Shown here: piece after piece, positions 1-8,473 of the stretch
How positions within the stretch are numbered: the stretch's first letter is position 1
Layout: every line of letters starts with the position of its first letter
Source of the DNA: Salinispira sp.
GTDB taxonomy: Bacteria; Spirochaetota; Spirochaetia; DSM-27196; Salinispiraceae
Direction: 5' to 3'
Length of the DNA: 64,000 nucleotides
NCBI GenBank assembly: GCA_965602015.1
Contig: OZ271918.1
Coordinates: 1,344,001 to 1,408,000, forward strand
Notes under the pieces: generated by a model
What the model saw: only the letters and a program-made list of their open reading frames with translations
Database searches by the model: none
What the model was told of the DNA's origin: nothing
Made by a program: the position numbers and the translations under genes

Positions 1-1
1 C

Positions 2-937
2 TGTAGTTACTGCGGGAGTACAAACCGGGGCAGGGGCATGAACTGCTCGGCCTGCGGCAGACGGCGGGATCCCAGCGTGACATTTTATCTTGATGATGAC
101 GCGCAGGAGGTCGAAGACCAGGCGGTGCTGAAGCGGGCCAAGTCCGGAGCCGATTGGACCTGCCGGTTCTGCGGTACCGATAACCCAGCCGGCGAGCCTA
201 CCTGCCGGCAGTGCCATGCCGAACGGGGAGAGTCGGAATCCCGCTCAACCCGTACCATACCCATAGATTCCCCCGCCGGCGGCGGCCCGGAGGCCGGTAC
301 TCCAAACACCGGATCAAAAACAGGATGGATAAAAGTCCTCGGAGCCGCGGCAGTGGTGGTTATTCTCGCAATTATCGGCTTTCTCATTTTCGGCGGCCGG
401 GAGGAGCTGGTCACCGTCGATTCCCTGCGCTGGGAGCGGGTCGTGGAAATCGAAGCCCAGGCGCTCAATCGCTATGAGCGGCGGGAAAGCGAGGTACCCG
501 CCGGCGCGACCATCCTCGGTTCCCGCACAGCGCAGGACGGAACCGAACGGGTACAGGTGGGAAGCGAACGGGTCAGAACCGGGTCCCGGGATTTGGGAAA
601 CGGCTTCTTTGAAGATGTCTATGAGGACCGTCCGGTGTATGAGGAACGGCCGGTGTACGTAACCATGGTTGAATACGAAATTCTCGAGTGGGAAACCGTC
701 CGCCGGGCGGAGAGTTCTGGCGATGAAAATACCGCGCCTTTTTGGGCGGACTTTACCCTGGGCCCTGGGGAGCGGGAAGGGGACCGCAGTGAGAATGCGA
801 CCCTCTTTCTGAGTTCGGAGGAGGAAAGCTATGAATACCGCATTCCCGTAGGTGAAATTTCCAAGTACCCCGTCGGGTCGCGATGGAATGCCCGGATCGG
901 CGCCTTTGGGGGAATCCGTTCGCTCGAGGGGCCTTGA
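2..937 (+). CDS. Zinc-ribbon (RanBP2-like CxxC) membrane protein, 5'-partial
   Basis: Frame is open from the window edge (CSYCGSTN...MNCSACG). Second WTCRFCGTDN..CRQC zinc finger and one TM segment. Confidence 0.7.
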   Translation, partial: CSYCGSTNRGRGMNCSACGRRRDPSVTFYLDDDAQEVEDQAVLKRAKSGADWTCRFCGTDNPAGEPTCRQCHAERGESESRSTRTIPIDSPAGGGPEAGTPNTGSKTGWIKVLGAAAVVVILAIIGFLIFGGREELVTVDSLRWERVVEIEAQALNRYERRESEVPAGATILGSRTAQDGTERVQVGSERVRTGSRDLGNGFFEDVYEDRPVYEERPVYVTMVEYEILEWETVRRAESSGDENTAPFWADFTLGPGEREGDRSENATLFLSSEEESYEYRIPVGEISKYPVGSRWNARIGAFGGIRSLEGP

Positions 938-993
938 CTCACTGCTCTAAGAACTTCCCCCGGTGAATCCTTGTAAAGTAAGGAGTTGCAATT

Positions 994-1908
994 GTGATAA
1001 ATAAACCGCTGGTTGTTCCACTATTACTGGTATTCCTCTCTTCCTGCGGATTACTGGGACTAAATATAACAAAAGAATATCCGGACCCCATACCCGCCGC
1101 CTCTGCCGTCAGTTTTGATTTTGAGTCGGATTTTGAAGCGTGGATAGCTTTGGGAGGATCGGGCGAAAGCGCTACCGATCCCGAAGATTCGAACCCCGAC
1201 GACGACATACGCCTAGCTGCCGATCCCCTTAACAGCGGAAATCAGACCGCACGCTTTCGGATAACGTCCGAAAGCTACGTTGCCAATGGAATCCGCGCAG
1301 AGCTGACCTTCGATGCCCACCAGCGGGAAGGAGAGACCGGTATGTACCGTTGGAAGGTGTTGATCCCTATCGACTACTCCGACGTACGCATCGAAGATTC
1401 CGAAGGCGCCCCGAACTGGCAGCTGATGGGCCAGTGGCATCAACAACCGGTCTGGTTCGCCGGAGAGACCTGGGATCGTTTCCAGGGACAGGGAGAGTCA
1501 CCGGCTATCGGGATCAACTACTATTTCATTGATCAAAGCGACCCGTCGTATCAGCAGGAGATGGCCTCTGATCCGCAGGTGCTCGAGGTGCACGGATTCG
1601 ATGCAAGTTGGGATCAGCAACCGGTTTTTTTGCTGACCTATGGAACGCCCCCTCTGCCGATTGCTTTTTATCCCATAGAAAAAGGTCGGTGGATTGAACT
1701 TGAGCTGACAATTGAATGGTCCCAAGGACCGGACGGAAGCGTTCTCGCCACAATCGATGGCGCCCCTTTTACAAACGGTGTTGAATACGGGGCGAACATG
1801 TGGAATCGCGAATCCCAGTACTTCAAATTCGGGCTCTATCGAAATCCAAACATCTTGCCCGATCAAACTGTGTACTACGATGATTTTGCATATACTCCAG
1901 TGTATTAG
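994..1908 (+). CDS. Lipoprotein, polysaccharide lyase/heparin lyase I-like family
   Basis: Lipobox LSSC; RAEL, GQWHQ and YFKFGLYR motifs; C-terminal VYYDDF. Confidence 0.7.
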   Translation: MINKPLVVPLLLVFLSSCGLLGLNITKEYPDPIPAASAVSFDFESDFEAWIALGGSGESATDPEDSNPDDDIRLAADPLNSGNQTARFRITSESYVANGIRAELTFDAHQREGETGMYRWKVLIPIDYSDVRIEDSEGAPNWQLMGQWHQQPVWFAGETWDRFQGQGESPAIGINYYFIDQSDPSYQQEMASDPQVLEVHGFDASWDQQPVFLLTYGTPPLPIAFYPIEKGRWIELELTIEWSQGPDGSVLATIDGAPFTNGVEYGANMWNRESQYFKFGLYRNPNILPDQTVYYDDFAYTPVY

Positions 1909-2057
1909 AACGTCGTGCACACGTGTCGTGGCGACCGTCTGAGGTACATGCTGTCAAAATGGGTGACAGTAAAACCTGCCCGCCTCTGGAAGTTTTTTGA
2001 CATAACGCAACAAAAAGCAGTAGTTTTTCAAAGCAATAGGCAATACAGGAGCGCACA

Positions 2058-2714
2058 ATGAACACGGGACTGATTCTCGATTTTCTCACCTCCCTTCGGC
2101 AGCATAACGACAGGCAATGGTTTGATGCTCACCGGGGCGAATACGAGAATGCCCGGGAAGGCTTCCTTGAATTGCTTGATGAGCTGCTGATACGCTTCCC
2201 CGACAAAAGAGCTTTGCCCCAAGCGGAGGCAAAGAGCCTGATGTTTCGCATAAATCGGGACGTGCGCTTTTCAAAAGATAAATCACCCTACAAGGTCAAC
2301 ATGTCGGCCCTCATCGGCCCCCATGGTCGAAAGAGCCAGAGCCGGTACTATTACATCAGCATCGAGCCCGGCGGCCGCTCAATTGCCGCAAGCGGCTTAA
2401 AGTCCCCCGACGCCAAAACCCTGAGAGCTGTTCGCCAACGCATAGCCGACAATAGCGAAGACCTGCGGTCAATAATAGAAGCCGAATCAATTGTCAGCAT
2501 GTTCGGCGGCCTGGAGGGCGAAAAGCTCAAGACAGCCCCACGGGATTTTGCCCAGGACCATCCGGCAATCGACCTGCTCCGCTACAAGGAATATATGGCT
2601 TCCCGCAGTTTCAGCGACGAAGAAGTACTCCAAGACACATTCATCGATGAGCTGCTCGAGAGCTTTCGCCGGCTGCAGCCCCTGGTTGAGTATTTTGACG
2701 GGATTGTTGGGTAG
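2058..2714 (+). CDS. DUF2461 (TIGR02453) family protein
   Basis: HNDRQWF..R..YE and FRINRDVRFSKDKSPYK signature. Confidence 0.9.
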   Translation: MNTGLILDFLTSLRQHNDRQWFDAHRGEYENAREGFLELLDELLIRFPDKRALPQAEAKSLMFRINRDVRFSKDKSPYKVNMSALIGPHGRKSQSRYYYISIEPGGRSIAASGLKSPDAKTLRAVRQRIADNSEDLRSIIEAESIVSMFGGLEGEKLKTAPRDFAQDHPAIDLLRYKEYMASRSFSDEEVLQDTFIDELLESFRRLQPLVEYFDGIVG

Positions 2715-2715
2715 G

Positions 2716-2848
2716 GGTTTCTAGCTTTGAAAAAAGCGATCAACAGCTGAACATCAGCGAGCTCACCGACTTTTGGTATCGAGTCGATAACAGCAACGGC
2801 CGGGTCGGCTGGGCCTACGGGGCGTTTTTGCGGATGGACGGGCAGTAA
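2716..2848 (+). pseudogene. Orphan 3' remnant of SH3-domain gene (copy 1 of SH3-tail repeat)
   Basis: Encodes ..EKSDQQLNISELTDFWYRVDNSNGRVGWAYGAFLRMDGQ*. Near-identical to 4787-4919 and 7688-7820; has no 5' part. Confidence 0.85.
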
Positions 2849-2849
2849 G

Positions 2850-3134
2850 CTAAGAAGCTTCGTGCAATCTATTATTCACATATTTATGCAAAACACTCGA
2901 GACAAGTGTCTGGTAGGGTATTCCTTCCTCGAGGGCTTTTGCCTTCAATTTGCTTATGTCTGCAGAACTCATACGAATATTCATTCTCTGATCTTTTTTT
3001 CCGGTATTATCCGCCGCTGTTTTGAACCTAACCAACTCTTGTTCAGTGAGCGTCACGATCTCAAACTCATCATTTTCTATCGAAGCTATCAAATCCTGCT
3101 CATAATCATCAAGCGGGGTAAATTCATCGTTCAT
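2850..3134 (-). CDS. Antitoxin, BrnA/CopG (ribbon-helix-helix)-like
   Basis: KDQRMNIRMS..D..KLK.KA...GIPYQTLVSSVLHKY motif; overlaps the upstream toxin. Confidence 0.8.
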   Translation of the reverse strand: MNDEFTPLDDYEQDLIASIENDEFEIVTLTEQELVRFKTAADNTGKKDQRMNIRMSSADISKLKAKALEEGIPYQTLVSSVLHKYVNNRLHEAS

Positions 3135-3405
3135 TTGTTCCTCCCAGGATCAAGCGGGTGTACTTTCTGCTTTTGTAAATGGTCTTTAGAAAATATCCAT
3201 TTTCTGTCGGTACAGCCGGAACCACGTATACATAATTATTGAGGATAACCAGCAGTAGTTCCTGGTCAGCATACTTCTCAGGATTGGTATGCCGTAGTTT
3301 CCTGACCAAACCGCCATTCTGAATGGCGACAACAATCTCTTCAAACTGAATATTCCGTTCCTTTTTCAGTTTTTCATTTTTATCCTGGCTCCAGTCGAAA
3401 ACCAT
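3124..3405 (-). CDS. Toxin, BrnT-like (type II TA)
   Basis: FDWSQDKNEKLKKERNIQFE...FLKTIYKSRK. Start placed at MVFDW, 5 nt downstream of a -10 box. Confidence 0.8.
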   Translation of the reverse strand: MVFDWSQDKNEKLKKERNIQFEEIVVAIQNGGLVRKLRHTNPEKYADQELLLVILNNYVYVVPAVPTENGYFLKTIYKSRKYTRLILGGTNER

Positions 3406-3410
3406 GGGTA

Positions 3411-3439
3411 ACAATATTCGCATGTGTGCCTGAAGTCAA
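3411..3439 (-). promoter_or_regulatory. sigma70-type promoter of the TA operon (leaderless)
   Basis: TTGACT-N17-TATTGT, then 5 nt to ATG 3405. Confidence 0.6.
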
Positions 3440-3444
3440 TACAT

Positions 3445-3628
3445 ACCGACGACTGCGTGGGCCTCTTCCACCGCAACATCGCCTATGCCCCGGATTCCGC
3501 ATGGGCAGCCTATATCGTATCATCCTATACCGGTGCAGAGCGCTATCTCTCCAACGCCAGCAGTGCCGAACCCTGAGCAAATCCCGAGAAAATGGCAAAT
3601 TGTGAGGTTAAGATCAAATGAAAACTAA
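3445..3628 (+). pseudogene. Internally deleted remnant of an NlpC/P60-like peptidase C-terminus
   Basis: TDDCVGLFHRNIAY (3445-), then in another frame PEQIPRKWQIVRLRSNEN* (3572-3628), matching the end PRDWVVVRLVGE* of 6073-6630. Overlaps the ATG of the next gene. Confidence 0.6.
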
Positions 3629-4919
3629 GCTGATAGGCATTAGCATAATATGTTTTTTTCTTATCTTCCCGACGTTGTACAGTCAGGAGATTCAAACGCG
3701 TGGACTCGAATCAGTTGCGGCATATCGAGAAGGTAGCGGTTACGGAGAATTAGGGACGATTGAGGAACGCAGAGGGTATTCCGGACCTTCTGCACCTGCC
3801 TTTGTTCTATTTTCACCGGTTCTTGGTTTGAATGACCGTTTTAATTCACGGGTGGCATTTGTGGACAGCTCGGGCAATTGGTTATCAATGGTACTACTCA
3901 AACAGAGCGTCCCGTCTGGAGTGTTATTCAATCACCAGCAAGATCACCTGATACTCATGTCAGGAGTGAGCTATCCTGAATTATATATTTACCCCCCCGA
4001 TGGAGACAAAGTTGCCGAGTTATTTTTCCAAGGTAATGAGCGCGGTGCACCTGATAATGTCAGCTCTGATTTAGCATTAGGATACTTTGAGTATTACAAT
4101 GGTCTGCTCTTGCTTAAAGATAGCGAAAACCAGTTTCACTCCATCCTCAACCCCGGCATGGATCAGGCGGAAAACCGGGCAAATCTTATGAATACCCGTC
4201 AGACCCGGGATTACCTTCAGGCGACCTACGGAACCTCAGATGATGCCGAACTTCGCCTGGACGCGCAGGGCCGGCTCTTTATCAACGGCAGACTTCTCAC
4301 CTACGACTGGGTCACCTTCCGGGACTACTTTGCCGAGGAAACCGCCGGGCTTGAGCCTCCGCCGTATGCTGCTGAGCGGCCTTACAGTGGTTATATTAGT
4401 ACTTTTAATACAAGCTCAAATTTCATAGGATTCGACGCATATTGGAATTATTATTGGAACATTGGCAGAAGCTTTGTAGCAGTTTTCAGCCCCGATGGAT
4501 GGATAATATAATTATTCCGAATTGATATCGAAGCCGTCGACAGCACCCCTGTGGTCACCGCCAATGGCGATCTCTACTTTTACAGCTTTCAGGGAGAACA
4601 GGGAACCATCGAACTGCTCACTATACGAAACACCTGGGACCCCATCGATGAAGAGTTCGCCATACCAGGTACATCATCTTCCAACCAGGCAATCCCCCAG
4701 GCCACCGTCATCAACTCCCGCCTGCGGGTTCGAAGCGCCCCCTCGTTGGACGGGGAAATGCTCGGCATGCTGGAAATCGGGGAAGCGGTTTCTATCCTTG
4801 AGAAAAGCGATCAACAGCTGAATATCGGCGAGCTCAGCGATTTCTGGTACCGGGTCGACAATGGCAACGGCCTGGTCGGCTGGGCCTACGGGGCTTTTTT
4901 GCGGATGGACGGGGAGTAA
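3618..4919 (+). pseudogene. Secreted protein with C-terminal SH3 domain, interrupted by an in-frame TAA at 4509-4511
   Basis: ORFs 3618-4511 and 4551-4919 share a frame (GWII*LFRIDIEAVDSTPVVTANGDLY). Signal peptide present; full-length paralog at 6630-7820. Confidence 0.85.
4699..4919 (+). repeat. SH3-tail repeat copy 2
   Basis: About 220 bp near-identical to 7600-7820 (QATVINSRLRVRS.PSL.GEMLGMLEIGE...GWAYGAFLRMDG). Confidence 0.9.
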
Positions 4920-5298
4920 GAAAGGGAGCTGGCTTTTTTACGGCCTTTCCTGCTGGGGTGCCCGGGCATAGAAGGACCGTCGCGTACGGTGGTGCCGAAG
5001 CTTGGAGATAGGGTAGATATCTGGCGTCTTATGCAGCCTATACCTACTGGCCTCGGTAGCATTCTCGCAATCCTGGATTTTTCCTACAACTGCAAGTCTC
5101 CGGTAAACCGTGTGTCTACGACAGGTATGGGGAGTATTTCCCTCCCGTCCAACAGCATGGCACCACTGTAAAGCATCAGTGCGGACTGGGATCATGAGCC
5201 TACTACTTCAACTCGGTAACCTCTGGATATAGAGAGGCTAATTGCCAGGATATAGTATATAATAACCTTGGAAGAGTGTTTTGCGGCTGGGGGAATCG

Positions 5299-5604
5299 AT
5301 GGACGTGCGGATTCACAATGTAATTAATAGACTGAAGGTAGCGTTCCCTGAAGCAAAGTTTATTGTATTTGGGTCGCATGCCAGCGGTCGACAGGAAAGG
5401 GATAGCGACCTGGATTTATGTGCAGTTTTTTCTGTTCTCGAAAAAGATCCTTTTGAAATTGCTTATGACGTCCGTGTTGAGGCTCAGAAGTACATCGATA
5501 TCCCCATGGATATTTTTGTCGTCAGCGAATACGACTACAATGAACGGCGTCATGAAGTTGGAGCGTTGGAGCACATAGTGGCTACGGAAGGAGTAGCGGT
5601 TTAG
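5299..5604 (+). CDS. Minimal nucleotidyltransferase (MNT) antitoxin-like
   Basis: FGSHASG...SDLDL (GS-x10-DxD); coupled to the HEPN gene. Start could be 5281. Confidence 0.85.
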   Translation: MDVRIHNVINRLKVAFPEAKFIVFGSHASGRQERDSDLDLCAVFSVLEKDPFEIAYDVRVEAQKYIDIPMDIFVVSEYDYNERRHEVGALEHIVATEGVAV

Positions 5605-5990
5605 TGAAGAAGCTCACCAACGAATGGCTGGAGTATGCGGCAAATGATTTAACAGCAGCTCGGACCCTACATCAATCCTCAAACCCTCCGTATGAAATAA
5701 TTACATATCATTGTCAACAATCTGTTGAAAAGAATCTGAAAGCGATTCTCATTGAGCAAAATTTTACCGTACCGCGCACTCATGATCTAAAAATCATTAT
5801 TCAGGAAGTCTTAAAGATCGCTGATGATTTCGCGGATATGCTTTCGGATTGTAATCGATTAACTCCGTTTGGCGTGATAACCAGATACCCGGGTTCATCA
5901 ATGACAGTCACGAAAGATCACGTGGATTTTGCTCTTACTGCGGCAGAGCGAATAGAAAAACGCATAGTCAGTTACCTGGAAAAAACCTAG
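5604..5990 (+). CDS. HEPN domain protein (MNT-HEPN pair)
   Basis: W...A..DL..A, YHCQQSVEKNLKA, RTHDL and TRYP motifs. Confidence 0.85.
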   Translation: MKKLTNEWLEYAANDLTAARTLHQSSNPPYEIITYHCQQSVEKNLKAILIEQNFTVPRTHDLKIIIQEVLKIADDFADMLSDCNRLTPFGVITRYPGSSMTVTKDHVDFALTAAERIEKRIVSYLEKT

Positions 5991-6072
5991 GTCTTTGAGT
6001 TTATCTACAACTCACTCCTAAATGCAGATTTTCTTATGGGTTAGACAGTCAATTGTGCCAGATATTTTTTGA

Positions 6073-6630
6073 TGCCACGGTAGTATTGCCGGATACTTAG
6101 CCAGAACCGACCGCGTAGACTTTACCTATCGAAGCATGAGCTATGAAGGAAGCGATTATGAGCTTCTGTCAGGCGAAAACTCCAGTCGATTTTTGGATGA
6201 TGCGACAAATGGCGCAGTGTATTGGGGCGAAAGCCGCGTGTTGCTTCGTTACCCGTACCCCGGTGATAATGATGCGGTGGTGATAACTGCCAGGTCCGAG
6301 CCTCAATACAGAGAAAATGAGGTAACTGGATTGCAAGAACCCTTCTGGCCAAATCTACAAATTGTCAAAACCGGCGATCTAATGTATTACGATTACACCG
6401 GTGAAAATCAGAACCAGGACGGAGCGCATCTGGCGATCGTCCTGTGGGTTCAAGATGAAGATGGCAAAGGCGAGATTGAGCCCGATGAGGTGTGGTTGAT
6501 TGAGAGTACGTATGGGACTGAGCAAGGGGTCGTCTTTGGTAATGTCCATGCCCTTCGCACACTGGATACATATGGCACTGATCCTGATCGACCGAGAGAT
6601 TGGGTAGTAGTCCGATTGGTTGGAGAGTAA
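6073..6630 (+). pseudogene. Orphan NlpC/P60-like (papain-fold) peptidase C-terminal fragment
   Basis: Open frame from 6073: YLARTDRVDFTYRSMSY (decayed AGTDCVGF), VKTGDLMYY, GAHLAIV, LIEST. No signal peptide or N-terminus. TAATG coupling to the next gene. Confidence 0.65.
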
Positions 6631-7820
6631 TGATGAAACGAATACCGATTTGCATTTTTTTATCGTTCTTTGTCTTTGGAATATACGCTCAAAACATTGC
6701 TGAGAAAAGTTATGAACAGGTAATGAGCTATCAATCCGGGTCTCGAATGGAAAATCTCGCCATCGGGGAAACTGGCCCATTGGGAGTACCCTCTGGGCCG
6801 ATCATGGGGCAATCAATTAATGGGTTGTTGATTTTTAATATATTAAATAACCGTTTGGTTATGCTTAATGAGGCGTATCGATTTGAACAAGTAGTGAACT
6901 TACGGACGGAAATTGATATCACGCCGTATGATTTCAATTCACCCTCTGAGTTTTTACTTGCGACCACTCTGCAAGTATTTGCGATTTTTAATTCTGAATC
7001 TGGGGAAACTCAGGAATTATGGATCGCCCATTTCCCTGAGTTTCGCAACTACCGCTCCTTCGCCTATTACGAGGATGTCCTGTTCGTCCACGATGCCGAG
7101 CTGAACCTGTGGAGCATCCCTGAGCCGGTGGATGATCAGGATGAGAACCGGGATAAGCTGCTGAATGAACGGCAAACCGGTGAGTATGTGCGCGAGCGAT
7201 GGGGCGCCACCGGTGAGGTGCAGGTCGATAGTGAGGGAAGGTTGTTCATCGATGGGCAGTTGGTGACCCGGGATTTTCCTACATGGCTTGGATACCGCGG
7301 TATTCAAACTGATCTCGAACCCCGATTAATCGGTACAGATCAAGCAGGCACCACTTACTGGACACTGTATTCACTAATATATATATACGAATCTGGAAGT
7401 ACTCGCGCGAAAACTATTCGATATGATCCAAACCTCGTGAGTGGATATCCGACAGTTGAATATCAGACCGGAGACCTGTACTTCCTGGGCCGGCCGATCT
7501 CCAATAACACGCAAATTCCCCTCTACCGCATAGCCAACGATTGGGATCCAGTCCAGCCAGGCAGCACCACAGGCGCGCAAGATAATGGATCATTCAGCCA
7601 AGCTACCGTCATCAACTCCCGCCTGCGTGTTCGAAGTGTCCCCTCGTTGGAAGGGGAAATGCTCGGCATGCTTGAAATCGGGGAAGAGGTTTCTCTCCTT
7701 GAGAAAAGCGATCAACCGCTGAACATCGGCGAGCTCACCGACTTTTGGTACCGCGTCGATAACGGCAACGGCCTTATCGGCTGGGCCTACGGGGCTTTTT
7801 TGCGGATGGACGGACAGTAA
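6630..7820 (+). CDS. Secreted protein with C-terminal SH3 domain (candidate immunity protein)
   Basis: Signal peptide MMKRIPICIFLSFFVFGIYA; SH3b-like LRVRS.PS...WYRV...GWAYG; paralog of 3618-4919. Confidence 0.8.
   Translation: MMKRIPICIFLSFFVFGIYAQNIAEKSYEQVMSYQSGSRMENLAIGETGPLGVPSGPIMGQSINGLLIFNILNNRLVMLNEAYRFEQVVNLRTEIDITPYDFNSPSEFLLATTLQVFAIFNSESGETQELWIAHFPEFRNYRSFAYYEDVLFVHDAELNLWSIPEPVDDQDENRDKLLNERQTGEYVRERWGATGEVQVDSEGRLFIDGQLVTRDFPTWLGYRGIQTDLEPRLIGTDQAGTTYWTLYSLIYIYESGSTRAKTIRYDPNLVSGYPTVEYQTGDLYFLGRPISNNTQIPLYRIANDWDPVQPGSTTGAQDNGSFSQATVINSRLRVRSVPSLEGEMLGMLEIGEEVSLLEKSDQPLNIGELTDFWYRVDNGNGLIGWAYGAFLRMDGQ
7600..7820 (+). repeat. SH3-tail repeat copy 3
   Basis: Near-identical to 4699-4919 and 2716-2848. 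Confidence 0.9.
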
Positions 7821-7892
7821 GCTAAAAAGCTTCTTGTTTCAACTCGCAGCTCCCGGTAATACTGTTCCTGCTATGGCCAGTTTGATGAGGAT

Positions 7893-8177
7893 TCAGGAAG
7901 CTTCGTGTAATCGATTATTCACATATTTATTCAAAACACTCGAGACAAGGGTCTGGTAGGGTATTCCTTCCTCGAGGGCTTTTGCCTTCAATTTGCTTAT
8001 GTCTGCAGAACTCATACGAATATTCATTCTCTGATCTTTTATTCCGGTATTATCCGCCGCTGTTTTGAACCTAACCAACTCTTGTTCAGTGAGCGTCACG
8101 ATCTCAAACTCATCATTTTCTATCGAAGCTATCAAATCCTGCTCATAATCATCAAGCGGGGTAAATTCATCGTTCAT
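7893..8177 (-). CDS. Antitoxin, second copy of 2850-3134
   Basis: 94-aa protein differing from copy 1 at two residues (K>I, H>N). Confidence 0.85.
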   Translation of the reverse strand: MNDEFTPLDDYEQDLIASIENDEFEIVTLTEQELVRFKTAADNTGIKDQRMNIRMSSADISKLKAKALEEGIPYQTLVSSVLNKYVNNRLHEAS

Positions 8178-8325
8178 TTGTTCCTCCCAGGATCAAGCGG
8201 GTGTACTTTCTGCTTTTGTAAATGGTCTTTAGAAAATATCCATTTTCTGTCGGTACAGCCGGAACCACGTATACATAATTATTGAGGATAACCAGCAGCA
8301 GTTCCTGGTCGGTATACTTCTAAGG
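8167..8325 (-). pseudogene. 5'-truncated BrnT-like toxin (3' half only)
   Basis: Near-identical to about 3124-3282; similarity stops abruptly at the tRNA 3'-end repeat at 8326. Confidence 0.85.
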
Positions 8326-8344
8326 TTAGCAGGGGCAGGACTCG
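8326..8344 (-). repeat. 19-bp direct repeat of the tRNA-fMet 3' end (att-like site)
   Basis: ttagcaggggcaggactcg at 8326-8344 and 8511-8529. Confidence 0.85.
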
Positions 8345-8473
8345 GTCTCCAGTCGTCCACTTCCTGTGGACTCCTTCCGACCCGTCCCGAATCCTCTCGC
8401 CCCATCCGGGGGCTCGGCGCTCTAAGTATTCGCGCCCGGAATCGGGCTTCGAGTCCATGGCCAATTTAAAAAC

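Noticed and set aside
2716..8325. Integron cassette array or diversity-generating retroelement as the explanation of the repeats
   Set aside because: The repeats are protein-coding SH3 tails, not palindromic attC sites. No integrase or reverse transcriptase is in the window, and differences between copies are not adenine-specific.
8279..8464. 61-aa minus-strand ORF spanning the tRNA repeat
   Set aside because: Runs through a structured non-coding element and is out of frame with the truncated toxin.
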